DNA of 64,000 nt from Eledone cirrhosa (Eukaryota), in the NCBI GenBank assembly GCA_964016885.1, contig OZ024743.1:301754001-301818000 (forward strand), read 5' to 3'. Position numbers and translations under genes: made by a program. The notes beneath the pieces are model-generated. The model was not told the DNA's origin and did no database searches. It saw only the letters and a list, made by a program, of their open reading frames with translations. Shown here in pieces: positions 33,960 to 45,309 of this stretch; position 1 is the first letter of the stretch; each line of letters opens with the position of its first letter.

Positions 33960-34142
33960 TGTGTGTGTGTGTATGTGTGTGTGTGTGTTTGTGTGTGTAG
34001 TACGCGAAATATTACGTCATTATGCAAGCAGTAGTCTGATGAGCTTTTGATTCCAACATAGGGCCCGATTATCAGAGATCCAGCCTTGAGATGATCATAC
34101 GCAGTCACACGTCATGATATTTAGCCCTACTTATTCGTACTA

Positions 34143-34331
34143 GGTGGATTGGCAGTATCAGTAGAGAGTCGGACACCATGCTTTGAAGAATAGAGTTACG
34201 TCCCTTTTTGATCTGAGTTCAAATCGCGCCGGGCTTTACTTTGCCTTTCATCCTTACGGGGTCGATAACATAAAGAACCAGAAATGTACTGGATAAGTGC
34301 TGGCCTTGTGCCTAAAATGGAACAATTATTA
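34143..34331 (+). mobile_element. SINE (same family, diverged)
   Basis: Consensus match. Confidence 0.88.
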
Positions 34332-34615
34332 CTATTACACTGGCCTTAGTATATCCCCTAATAACATATTGAAAAAAGGTGGTCAATTTAGAGAACACAC
34401 AATAAGTTGCATTACGTTATATATATATATGAAATCGTGTGTCGTAACAGATATTGTTATACTTGGGGAGGGTCATATGATAAACGATGATTGGCAAATA
34501 AATTAACCATGGAGATATAAAAGATACAGAAGCGAAAACCAACAAAACAGTGAGTTATTATTTCTGGCAATATAATAATATTATTACAACAATATTACCC
34601 TCCACAAGTTGAACA

Positions 34616-34654
<39 letters not shown>

Positions 34655-34920
34655 TATATTTCTTTTATTTGCCACTAGGGCATCAAAAGTGGGACAAGTA
34701 CAAAGGGGGGAGTTTACACAAAAAGGCGTCCTCAATAAGGAGAAGGCAATAACAAAATATAAAAATAAAATAAGATATAACAAAAAATAAAATTTTTAAC
34801 AAAATCCTCAATAGAGAGGAGGCGCCTTGGGGGGTCGCACACACCCCCGAAAAAAGTGTGCAACCCTTCTCCTCAGGAGCACAGAGAAGGGGTGCTCCCT
34901 TGGTCTTTCATCTTCCTCAC

Positions 34921-37900
34921 CTATAGTCTGATGTAGAGTGAAGGCCCATTCACACGGGCCATTCTCGCCACTTTCACCCATCTTTGATAGAAACGGCTGG
35001 GGTGCAGTACCTCTCTCTCCATCCTGATCCTTCTTCCGAAATGATATCGGAAGAAACGGACCAGTTGTTGGCCAGAGAGAAAGGTGCCCGACCTCAGTCC
35101 TTTCAGACGCGTCCACCATACAACCTCTTTCGCCATGGCTATTACGCACAGAAACACCGCCTCTGCTTCATCTTTGAAGGGGGGAGGCGGCTTGATCATT
35201 ACAATAGACTCGGTGGTCAACCGGATCGGTCCCACCCTTGACAGCAGTTGTTCGACATAGCCCCACAGATCGGCTACGCCCGAGCAGTGTACTAATGCGT
35301 GTGCAACGGTTTCCTCGTCGCACACGCATCTGGGACAGATCTTTTTGGCGGGGTCCCTACCCGGGCGCCCGTGTCTGTAGAGCCTTTCTCGAACGGGTAA
35401 AGCCCCTCGGTAGCACTGCCAGGCCAGGGACTTATGGAAGTTGTCCATAGGTCCCGGGCTGAATGTCCTACCGAACAGGCTGGCCAGTTCGTCCTCCTCC
35501 ATGTCTAGGGCTTCTCCGAGGGCGTCGTCGCACCTGCTGCGTACCAGCCCTCTATAGAATGTTGCGGTGGAGTCTCCACTGATAACCGGATCCGCCTGCC
35601 AGAGGGCGGTGAGCGCCTGGGCACACTCAGTGTGCCAGGCGCCCAGTTTTCTCGGTCTTTGCTTGACCCAGGATTGCAGCTCGGTGAGTGAGACGAGTCT
35701 GGGAAAGGTTCGTCTCACAAACGAGGCCCACACCGGTTGTCCGGTGAGGAATACGTAGAGGTGCCGTAGCCTTAATGCGTGTTTACGCATCATTAGCCAC
35801 GGCATCCCCAGCCCTCCTTTCGAAGGGTGTTGACAGCAGATGGATCTCCTCACCATAGGAGCCCGCCTCTTCCAAAGGAATTGGAAGAGCGCGCGCTCCA
35901 TCTTGGTGAGGGTTTCCCTTGGGCAGGGCACTACGGTCAGGCGGTAGTAGATGACGGACGCTATGTAGGTGTTCGCCACCTCCGCCCGACCTTTCAGGGA
36001 TAGTTTGCAACTGGCCCACTTCTGGGTCAGTGCAAACACCCTGTTCGTAACCTCCGCCCAGTTTTTCTCCACCTGGAGGTCCGGTCCGAACCAGACCCCG
36101 AGCAACTTCACCGGGCCCTCCGTCCAGCGTCCGACGACGCTATCGGAGGGCATCGGTCTGCCCCTCCACGTGCCGAGTTGCAAACCGATCGACTTGTCCC
36201 GGTTCAGCTTAGCCCCTGTGAAATTTTCGTACTCCTCCAGTAAGGTGCCGACCGCCTCGATTTCGGAGGCCGTCGACACCATTACTGTCACGTCATCGGC
36301 GTAGGCCGACACCGCTTTCCGCAATCCCGGTTCCAAAGGGATGCCCTGCAACAACTCCAACTTCCGCAGTAGTGGCTCGAGAGTCAACACATACAGAAGG
36401 GAGGAGAGAGGGCACCCTTGTCGGATGGACCGCGCGATTTTGAACGGCTCCGAGAGGTAGCCGTTCACCTTGACCCTAGAGCAGATGCGGCTGCTGTGCA
36501 TAGCACTGATCCAGCCCCTGAAAACGGGTCCGAAGCCTGCCGCCGCTAGCACCGCATCCAGGTAACCATGGTCGACCCTATCGAACGCCTTAGATTGATC
36601 CAAGTTGATCAGAGCCCCACCAAAGCCGGGTTCGTTCCCAACCCTCTCTATGATGTATCGCATGAGGTGGAGGTTGTCATGGATGGACCTGGACAGGATA
36701 GCGCATGTCTGCGCATCTCCCACCAGGTTGCCCACGACAAGCGCCAACCTCTTTGCTAGCACCTTGGCCAAAATCTGTAACTCTGTATTTAGCAGTGTTA
36801 TGGGCCTGAAGTTACTTATTTCGTCCCCCTTGTTCTCGTCCTTCCTCACTAGCGTGACTACGCCCTTGGTCACAGTACAGGGAATTCTCCCGTTCTGTTG
36901 CCAGTTGCAGTAGACCGCCTCGAGGAGATCGGGGAACAAGTCCGGCATAGCTAGATATAATTCGTAAGGAAGACCATCGAGACCCGGGGATTTGCGTTTG
37001 CCGCATTGGCTCAGCACGTCCTCTATCTCAGCGGCCGAAATCGGCTCCTCGCAGGACTTCGCCTCCCTGTCCGAGAGGCGCGGCAGGCCGTCGAGATATG
37101 GACCGAAGTCCACGTTCCCAACCGGCTCCCCGCCCCTCCCGAACAGTCGGGCAAAGTGCCTTTGAAAGGCCTCACACATCTGCTTAGGCTCAAGAATCGC
37201 CCGTCCATCCAGGTCTCGCAAAGACCGGATGGTGGATTTAGTTCCACTGTTGGCCTCTGTCACGCGGGCCCAGCTAACAGCTTTGGTCCCCTCGTTCCCT
37301 AGAGCACGTATTTTACTTCGGACAACGCAGCCTTCGTGCTTCGCGTCGAAAAACTGGCTCAAAGCCGTTCTCGACGCTAGCACTCTGGCCACGTCGCCGC
37401 TTCTAATTGCCTCTTCTACTCTATCTATTAGCTCCCTTTCCTTCCTATTCCTATCCGCAGCTAGAACCTTACTAAATTCTATCGAGACTACTCTAATTTC
37501 TCTCTTTAGAGATACCCACCACCCGCTGTTGACGATCGCTCCAGTCAACCGTTCCTTAACTAACGTACTAATCCGATTCCTGTAGGCTCTACTTGCCGGC
37601 AAGGACAAGTTGAGCTTCCAGTAACCGGGGCCCTGTCTATGAGTTCTGTCAAGGTTGACCATGCAGGTCACTAATTTGTGGTCTGAATAGCCAACAATGC
37701 GCATTTTTGGACAACTTAAAAAGTCCTTATCCTTACTTCTAACTAAGAACCTATCTAGGTACGACCTAGATGATCCGCTACGATTTGCCCAAGTCCAGGT
37801 TGGCGCAGTCGGAAAATCTAGTCGATATCTATCGGCCAGGTCAAATCGACCGATTAACCCTTTGAGGCTATTACACCCCTCTCTATCGGGGCAGGCCCCT

Positions 37901-38358
37901 ACGTAGTCCCAGCGTGCATCTAGGATACCATTCCAGTCCCCCACTAATAGCAAGGAGCGGGACGTCCCTAGAAAAGTCTCCAGACGATGGAAGAAGTCCG
38001 GCCGCATTGACCCGAAAGGGCCGTAGGCGGCTACCAACCTAAACGCTCCGCCTTTACCACTGCCAAGGTCCAGAACCACTAGTCGACCCTCCGGGTCCAA
38101 ATGTACCATCTGTGTTGCGAGACCCAGATGTTTTTGCAGCAGAACGACAACTCCACCCCCACCTCCGGGCTGACAGAGAGATGCGTGCATCTCAAAGTCA
38201 TCAAAGGTGGGGGCCAGCTGTCGCACGTTGCTGATCCGGGCCTCGCAAATAACCATCACATCTATACGTTGTGACCTGAGGTCATTTAGAAGCATTGCTT
38301 GCTTCCAAGTTGAGCCCAGGCCACGCGCATTTAAACAGCCTACTCTTAGCATAGCCAT
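34921..38358 (-). CDS. LINE ORF2: APE endonuclease + reverse transcriptase + C-terminal CCHC (about 1145 aa from first ATG)
   Basis: Motifs LNARGL, GDWN, SYLDRFL, SDHK (APE); KSPGLDG, FRPITLLN, DQSKAFD, RQGCPLS, YADD (RT); CPRC..ETVAHALVHC. ORF track starts at GTG 38382; first ATG is 38358. Confidence 0.95.
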   Translation of the reverse strand: MAMLRVGCLNARGLGSTWKQAMLLNDLRSQRIDVMVICEARISNVRQLAPTFDDFEMHASLCQPGGGGGVVVLLQKHLGLATQMVHLDPEGRLVVLDLGSGKGGAFRLVAAYGPFGSMRPDFFHRLETFLGTSRSLLLVGDWNGILDARWDYVGACPDREGCNSLKGLIGRFDLADRYRLDFPTAPTWTWANRSGSSRSYLDRFLVRSKDKDFLSCPKMRIVGYSDHKLVTCMVNLDRTHRQGPGYWKLNLSLPASRAYRNRISTLVKERLTGAIVNSGWWVSLKREIRVVSIEFSKVLAADRNRKERELIDRVEEAIRSGDVARVLASRTALSQFFDAKHEGCVVRSKIRALGNEGTKAVSWARVTEANSGTKSTIRSLRDLDGRAILEPKQMCEAFQRHFARLFGRGGEPVGNVDFGPYLDGLPRLSDREAKSCEEPISAAEIEDVLSQCGKRKSPGLDGLPYELYLAMPDLFPDLLEAVYCNWQQNGRIPCTVTKGVVTLVRKDENKGDEISNFRPITLLNTELQILAKVLAKRLALVVGNLVGDAQTCAILSRSIHDNLHLMRYIIERVGNEPGFGGALINLDQSKAFDRVDHGYLDAVLAAAGFGPVFRGWISAMHSSRICSRVKVNGYLSEPFKIARSIRQGCPLSSLLYVLTLEPLLRKLELLQGIPLEPGLRKAVSAYADDVTVMVSTASEIEAVGTLLEEYENFTGAKLNRDKSIGLQLGTWRGRPMPSDSVVGRWTEGPVKLLGVWFGPDLQVEKNWAEVTNRVFALTQKWASCKLSLKGRAEVANTYIASVIYYRLTVVPCPRETLTKMERALFQFLWKRRAPMVRRSICCQHPSKGGLGMPWLMMRKHALRLRHLYVFLTGQPVWASFVRRTFPRLVSLTELQSWVKQRPRKLGAWHTECAQALTALWQADPVISGDSTATFYRGLVRSRCDDALGEALDMEEDELASLFGRTFSPGPMDNFHKSLAWQCYRGALPVRERLYRHGRPGRDPAKKICPRCVCDEETVAHALVHCSGVADLWGYVEQLLSRVGPIRLTTESIVMIKPPPPFKDEAEAVFLCVIAMAKEVVWWTRLKGLRSGTFLSGQQLVRFFRYHFGRRIRMEREVLHPSRFYQRWVKVARMARVNGPSLYIRL

Positions 38359-38382
38359 GTTGGTGGTGAAGAGAAAAGGCAC

Positions 38383-40170
38383 TTACCTCTCTGCGTCCCG
38401 GGTATCGGGCTGCACAATTTCCATTAGGGTGGGGGATGGGTTGTTGGGTGGGGTGGTGGTTTGTGGAAGTGTGGGGGCATCAGTGTGTTGTGTGGTTGGG
38501 GAGCTTGGAGTTGTGAGGGTGTTTGGGGAGGGGGTGGGATAGTTTTTTAGGAGGACGCGGTTAATGGGCCCGACGCAGGGGGGACCCACGTCCTCTTTAA
38601 AATTGTTTTTTAAAGTTTTATAGGTGTCCTGTGGGGACTTAATCATTTTGAGGTGGGGGAAATCCCCTGCCTGGGTGAAGTTAGGCCCTTGTGTTTTTAT
38701 TAGATTGTTGTTGTACACAATGTTTAACAGTTTTTTGTTTCTTGTATTTATGTATGTGTATGCATGTTTTTGTTTTTGTGTGGTGTTTTTTGTTTGCTGT
38801 TGTGAGCTCTTTTGTGTTGGTGTCAGTGTTATGTTTTGGGGAGGGGTTTTTTTCATTTGTGTGTCTGAGGTGTGTTTTCTTTTTTTTCTTTTGATTGTGT
38901 GGAAGTGCTCCTCCTCGTCTGACGACGAACTAGGGTCATCTTCCGCGTTGGAGGGGAGGGGTATATTTTCGGGTTGTGTTTGCGGTACGGGTGTTTTGGA
39001 AATTGTTTTTGTTTTTTGAGTGGAGGGGATGGGTTGGACATTGTTTTGTTTTGGTTTGAGCTGTGGTGGTTGTTTTTGTAGTGGTAGTTGTGGTGATTGT
39101 GTTGGTTGTGCAGTTGTTGGTGGTGTAGGCAGGATTGGGGTTTTCTTATTAAGTTGGGGACAGACAGCCCTCAGGTGACCTCTGGTTCCGCAGAGGTAAC
39201 ACGAGGGCCGTCTACCCTCAACGGTAATGTTGATGAAGGTTAGATCATCCAGTATGACGCGTTCAGGGATCTGGGCGATCCTTTCGGGCCTCATTTGAAC
39301 TACAAGTTCGAGGCTCGTTCCACTGAACGCGTCACCCGATGCCTTTCCCATGGACACCAGCATGTCATCCTCCAGGTCCAGAAAACCTGTCAAAACCCAC
39401 CATATGTCCATAATCGGCAGGATGGTGTGGATTTTTATTTTTTGTGTTCTTCTACCCATGTACGTAGGGTAGAAGGTGTATGCGGTGGATGTGATTGGTT
39501 TAATGGACAGTTTCACTGCTGTGTCCCTGTCCTTCATGAGAATGGATAGACTCCCGTAGAGTCTATCCTTCTGAATGAAGGTGATGTCCTTCATGACGTC
39601 TTTTAAAACCAGCTCTATCTCGCTCTGTGATGGTTGAGCTGGTTTTTTACTTTTGTTCGAGATTGTCCTAAACATGACCGTGTTTAGGAGTCTCTGGCTT
39701 TTTAGTTCCGGGGGGGAATGGATTGTGAATGAACCATTTTCCCCGTACACTATATATTTTTTCGCATCCGCCAGTAGCTCCTTCGCTTTTGTTATATCTA
39801 CTGGCAGATAGTCGAGGGTTTTCCTTGTCGTCTCGGCGAAGGAGAAATTGTGTTTGTTTGTGTTGCTGTTGTCGTTGGTGGTGTTGTTGTTATCATTGTT
39901 GTTGTTGTCACCGTTATTGGTCTTGTTGTTGTTATTGTTATTGTTATTGGTGTTGCTTTCGTCCGTCGCATTGTTGTTGTTGTTGCTGTTGCTGCTGGTT
40001 CTTTGGGTTGTTGCCATGGCAACGTCAAGTTGTCGGTTAACAGGTAGAGAGAATTCTTCCTCTGGCTGACCTATCTTCTTGACCTCTGCTACTGTGACAG
40101 TGGCAGGGGGAAGCTGTAAGTTCATCTTCCCCTTTCCTCCTTCGAATTTTGGTGAAGAAGCTTCGGCCAT
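38383..40170 (-). CDS. LINE ORF1 (595 aa), zinc-knuckle nucleic-acid-binding protein
   Basis: ATG-initiated ORF directly upstream of ORF2; CYLCGTRGHLRAVC (CX2CX4HX4C); N-rich N-terminal tract and P/T/Q/K-rich C-terminal half. Confidence 0.88.
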   Translation of the reverse strand: MAEASSPKFEGGKGKMNLQLPPATVTVAEVKKIGQPEEEFSLPVNRQLDVAMATTQRTSSNSNNNNNATDESNTNNNNNNNNKTNNGDNNNNDNNNTTNDNSNTNKHNFSFAETTRKTLDYLPVDITKAKELLADAKKYIVYGENGSFTIHSPPELKSQRLLNTVMFRTISNKSKKPAQPSQSEIELVLKDVMKDITFIQKDRLYGSLSILMKDRDTAVKLSIKPITSTAYTFYPTYMGRRTQKIKIHTILPIMDIWWVLTGFLDLEDDMLVSMGKASGDAFSGTSLELVVQMRPERIAQIPERVILDDLTFINITVEGRRPSCYLCGTRGHLRAVCPQLNKKTPILPTPPTTAQPTQSPQLPLQKQPPQLKPKQNNVQPIPSTQKTKTISKTPVPQTQPENIPLPSNAEDDPSSSSDEEEHFHTIKRKKRKHTSDTQMKKTPPQNITLTPTQKSSQQQTKNTTQKQKHAYTYINTRNKKLLNIVYNNNLIKTQGPNFTQAGDFPHLKMIKSPQDTYKTLKNNFKEDVGPPCVGPINRVLLKNYPTPSPNTLTTPSSPTTQHTDAPTLPQTTTPPNNPSPTLMEIVQPDTRDAER

Positions 40171-40459
40171 TTAAAAAAATATTGACTTTTCAACAAGAAA
40201 AAACTTTTTTTTTAACTATTTCGCCTAAAGGCGTAGAATATTTTGAGAGACTGACCAGATCAAAGTTTGACCTGGCAGTCCCTCTACAAAATGGTACAAA
40301 AATTAAAGTTATCAGACAAGAATTTCTATAGAAATTTAAACAGAACTTACTCAGCAAGTTATACGCGTGTGTCCATCCCAGAGATGTATTGTATATATAT
40401 ATAGATAGATAGATACAATGATAATAAATGGAAACTATATTTATAAAAGCATATTTTTT

Positions 40460-40512
40460 CAATTATGTATATTTCAAGTGTACCAAAAGTTTAGTACGCT
40501 TTCATCAGATGA
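40460..40512 (-). ncRNA. Hammerhead ribozyme motif, family E-related pLTR fragment
   Basis: CTGATGA-aagcgtacta...tggtacactt-GAAA-tataca-TA; stem I weak. Confidence 0.65.
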
Positions 40513-40681
40513 TAACGTACCAAGGTTTTGGCACCCTTGAAATATATATAATTGGATAAATATGGTTTATAAATATACTTTCCACTTAATATCATTGAAT
40601 ATTTACTCCAGAACACTGTCGTGTGCTCTGAATCAGTTATAAATATTTGTTGTATTTCCAACAAATTAAATATCCCTTTTA

Positions 40682-40847
<166 letters not shown>

Positions 40848-40860
40848 GAGAGAGAATAAG

Positions 40861-43136
40861 GAGAAGCGAAGTAGTTTCAGATGTTCAAGTCTTTTAATAA
40901 TAATGCTGTGATATATACTTCAATGGCGACAGTAGTCACACTGTTCTGTGTGCCAGTGTCGCTACATCGTCAGACAGCTTATTACATAATAAGGTTATGT
41001 TTCTGAGGCAATCCAAATTGAATCGACATGGGAAATCATGATACATAGAATTAAGTATATTTTCTCTCAGAGAATGATGGTCAATTATACTGTCCATCCT
41101 TAATGAGAGGTAGTATTCAGACCTATAGATACTCAGACTCTCCCATCCCCACTGGCTCTCGACAGGGTAGGTAGCAGTAAGCTATATTACAGGCCAAATG
41201 GGTCATTGTTTGGCTGAGAGGGGGAACTGACTAAGCGAATTTCCTTGAAATCTGCGGTAGATAATGGTCAACATCCTTCGGACCTGCGCATGCGCAGACC
41301 GGTGGGGGTGAATTGGTACTCGCAGGGGAATGGATGAAGAACCCAAGAGCACACACTTCGTCCGTTCCCATGTCGATTCAATTTGGATTGCCTCGGAAAC
41401 ATAACCTTATTATGTAACAAGCTGTCTGACGATATCGCGACACTGGCGCACGGAACAGTGTGATCACTGTTGCCATTGAAATATATATCACAGCATTATT
41501 GTTAAAAGACAAGAACATCTGAAACTACTTCTTTTTCCCTATTTGATATTTACTCCGTCACTCCTATATGGATTAAATTCGTTGAGTGATTGAATTGAAT
41601 TGCATCAATGTTTACCCTAAGAATTTAGCTCCAAATATTTGAGCGCTCTATGATGTAACCGATATGGTGGAGTACAGAGGAACCGGCCACGAACTACACC
41701 CGGAAATCCCCCCTACCATGGGGATGAAACCCCTGATACTGGACGGAAATAATAATAACTTTCGGTAGGATAAATACTCGGAAAGAAAAGCAATGTTAAA
41801 CCCCTATTTTCCTGCACCAAATCGCATTTGAACGGAAGCCCCCTCAATTCAATCTATACATGGACAAATTGACAATCATATTGATCATCTATCTCATTTT
41901 GGATATATGTACTCTACGTGTTTTTTGCATTTATTCATTAATTAGGTTTTTTCCTTTTGTGTACGTTATGTCGGTTTATTTTTGTTGCATGTGATGGAAA
42001 TTCTAACTATGTACCCGACTAAATGCTACCTTTCATACCGTAATTTACCCTCCGTTATACTGTACGGTACTATCGTTCAGTATATAGATAATAACTGTAA
42101 CAGTAATACATATTTCAAAACTACTTACTTAAATATATCTCGCATATTATTAACTCACTTCAATCTATATTTTTTTCCTCACCTCAATCCAGATTCGCAC
42201 TTGAAAAATTATTAATTTTTAATTGTTAATTTTTAATTTCTAATTTTTAATATTGGATATTTGATTTCTGATTTTCGATTTTTAACTTTAATTTTTAGTT
42301 ATAATTTCCAACTCTCATTCATAACTTCCACCGTGAAACCATGATACATAGAATTAAGTATATTTTCTCTGAGAGGTTGATGGTCAATTATACTGTCCAT
42401 GCTTAATGAGAGGTAGTATTCAGACCTATAGATACTCACACTCTCCCATCCCCACTGGCTCTCGACTGACAGCCACAGACGTGGTAGGTATCAGTAAGCT
42501 ATTTTACTGGCCAGAATGGGTCATTGTTTGGCTGAGAGGGGGAACTGACTAAGCGAATTTCGTTGAAATCTGCGGTAGATAATGGTCAACATCCTTCGGA
42601 CATGCGCATGCGCAGACCGGTGGGGGTGAATTGGTACTCGCAGGGGAATGGATGAAGTACCCAAGAGCAGACACTTCGTCCGTTCCCTTGTCGATTCAAT
42701 TTGGATTGCCTCGGAAACATAACCTTATTATGTAACAAGCTGTCGACGATGTCCCGACACTGACGCACGGAACAGTGTGAGCACTGTGGCCATTGAAATA
42801 TATATCACAGCATCATTGTTAAAAGACTCGGGCGGTGAATTGGCAGTATCGGTAGAGGGTTGGACGCCATGCTTTCTACCATAGTTACATCCCTTTACAG
42901 TCTGAGTTCAAATCCCGCCGAGGTTAACTTTGCCTTTCATCCTTACGTGGTTGATAAAGTAAAGTACCTCTAATGTACTGGGTAATTGCTTACCTTGTGC
43001 CAAAAATAGAAACAATTATTATTAAAAGACTTGAACATCTGAAACTACTTCGCTTTTCCTTCGATATTTACTCCCTCACCTATGTGGAACAAGTACGTTG
43101 AGTGCTTGACTTTAATTGCATCAATATTTACCCTAA

Positions 43137-43137
<1 letters not shown>
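40861..43137 (+). mobile_element. Non-autonomous repeat with PLE-like architecture: inverted partial repeat + two direct repeats of about 580 bp
   Basis: 40861-41035 inverts about 41365-41540; 41037-41620 is repeated at 42340-43137 (interrupted by a SINE); spacer has a faint W..ILD..ERK..LN endonuclease-tail remnant. Confidence 0.55.
42830..43023 (+). mobile_element. SINE nested in a direct-repeat arm
   Basis: TSD att(g/a)ttaaaagact; empty site present in the sister arm near 41500. Confidence 0.92.
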
Positions 43138-43233
<96 letters not shown>

Positions 43234-43327
43234 TGTATATCAAGTAGACAGAAAACAAAAAAAAAAGCGTGAAGGCGAAGAGGCAGTACAAATGTTATTA
43301 TTAGTTTCACGCTTGAGAGTAGGTGGA

Positions 43328-43364
43328 AGGTGACGTTTTGGGCATACTCCCATCATCAGGAGAT
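43328..43364 (-). ncRNA. Degenerate hammerhead motif
   Basis: CTGATGA-tggg(agtatg)ccc-aAAA-cgtc; G12 lost and stem I not restored. Confidence 0.4.
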
Positions 43365-44067
43365 AAGTGGGTAGGAAGAGAGTTCCGAAGATGTGCGGGG
43401 GAGTGGAGGAAAGACATTAAACAAATAATAAAAAAGTGGGCGAGAGAAAGGGGGGGGGGACATTTTGTTTAGAGTAAAATAATTCTCTTTAATTAAAAAG
43501 AAACAAATGGTGAAAGGGTGTGAGGCCTGTAGAGGTTTTGGTGGGGAAGGGGTGGACAAGGGAGAGGGATACGGGGGGTCCGAGAGGGGAGGGCTGAAGG
43601 TGGTGTGTGTGTGTGAAGGTGTACGTGTGTGTGTGTATGTGAATGTGAGAGTTGGGGGAAGAACGAGGTAACATGTTCAGGTAAAAAGGGAAACCGGTGT
43701 GTACATTGGGTGGACTGTAAGTCGATGTGAGTGTGCCTGAGGATGGAGAGGGTTCAGATGGGGTTGGGGAGATGGGGCGTGTGGAATCAGGAGGCTGAGT
43801 GTGTGTACGTCATCATACGCACGTGTGTGTGTTATATGTGGTGTGGATGTATCGTGGCGTGGTTCGAAAATAATGTTAGTGTTGGTTGGTGTCTATGTTC
43901 CTCGGGTATTTCCACGGATTGTGAGACCAGATGTTGGAGATTCTGCGTGTGATAGCATGGATTGCTGGAGCGATGATCGGTAGTGTAAAATCCTGTTATC
44001 GTAGTGAGGAAGTGGAGAGATGTTTGGTGCGCGCGCAACAAGAAATTGTCAGGCGGTCAAGGTAGGG

Positions 44068-44098
<31 letters not shown>

Positions 44099-44379
44099 TC
44101 TCGCCCATGAAATTCACACAGCTAAAGCTGATCGGACTCCCATGTGCCTGTTTTTTCCTATCTTTGCGTTGCTATCCTTCTATGTTTGTTTACTATCTCG
44201 CTCGTTTTAGGCGATTTACTTGTCCCAATAGCTTTATTTAGCTATTGCTCGAACCAACTGGAGGTATGTGATTTGTAAAGCGTTGAAATACCAATGAAGG
44301 GTGGAAAATCACTGATGAAGGACTATTTTTATAATATGTAACCCATGTGCAACCACGCAGTATTCTGTCTTCTCATGAG

Positions 44380-44430
<51 letters not shown>

Positions 44431-44648
44431 TAAGTTAAAAATGTACATCCACATATGTATACTGAAATACTAGTATGCATATGAATACACACGCGTATAC
44501 ATATGTAGATGTACCAAGTCTTTCACTGGTCACTTTACTGTGAGTGGCCAGCTATTCTGTATGTAAACACACAGACAAACCGGTTTTTAGAGTCACACTG
44601 GTTTTTGAGGAAACACCTTTCCTCTGTTCTCCAGAAAGCCAGACAAGG

Positions 44649-44693
44649 AATATTGAACTAGTTTCGTTGTTGTTACAACTCATCAGCAATATT
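44649..44693 (-). ncRNA. Type I hammerhead ribozyme (inverted copy of 44909-44953)
   Basis: Exact reverse complement of the plus-strand motif. Confidence 0.82.
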
Positions 44694-44881
44694 TACCTAT
44701 CATACATAATAGTCATATTATTCATACAAAAGTGAGTTACAAACGAAACGAAATTTAATTTCGTTTCGTTATTTGTTTTTATCGTCTCCGTTGAACCGGT
44801 ACGTACTCACACTCTATGCAAATTAGTCTGCCCACTACTAATTTTCATAGAAAAATCATATAACGATATGTGCTTTTACGA

Positions 44882-44975
44882 TTCTCCAGAAAGGCCGGTA
44901 GATAGGTAAATATTGCTGATGAGTTGTAACAACAACGAAACTAGTTCAATATTCCTTGTCTGGCTTTCTGGAGAA
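44882..44975 (+). ncRNA. Type I hammerhead ribozyme, canonical core, long extended stem I
   Basis: aatattg-CTGATGA-gttgt(aaca)acaac-GAAA-ctag-TT-caatatt at 44909-44953; stem I extends via ttctccagaaag/ctttctggagaa. Confidence 0.85.
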
Positions 44976-45241
44976 CAGAGGAAAGGTGTTTCCTCAAAAA
45001 CCAGTGTGACTCTAAAAACCGGTTTGTCTGTGTGTTTACATACAGAATAGCTGGCCACTCACAGTAAAGTGACCAGTGAAAGACTTGGTACATCTACATA
45101 TGTATACGCGTGTGTATTCATATGCATACTAGTATTTCAGCATACATATGTGGATGTACATTTTTAACTTAATTGTTTAAGCGTCAGTCATACAAAAGTG
45201 AGTTACAAACGAAACGAAATTTAATTTCGTTTCGTTATTTG

Positions 45242-45309
<68 letters not shown>

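Larger units (their letters stand above)
34655..40391 (-). mobile_element. Full-length, apparently intact L1/Tx1-clade non-LTR retrotransposon (5'UTR, ORF1, ORF2, 3'UTR)
   Basis: Two long uninterrupted ORFs on the minus strand; 3' end CCCTAGTGGCAAATAAAAGAAA runs into (TA)n; both flanks carry TATCTA(TA)nCA, a plausible TSD with later microsatellite expansion. Confidence 0.93.

Noticed and set aside
34984-40069. Plus-strand ORFs overlapping the LINE
   Set aside because: Antisense shadows of GC-richer coding sequence with no motifs
44544-45058. Duplicated 60-aa ORFs (MASYSVCKH...)
   Set aside because: By-product of the inverted repeat; GTG start and no coding signal
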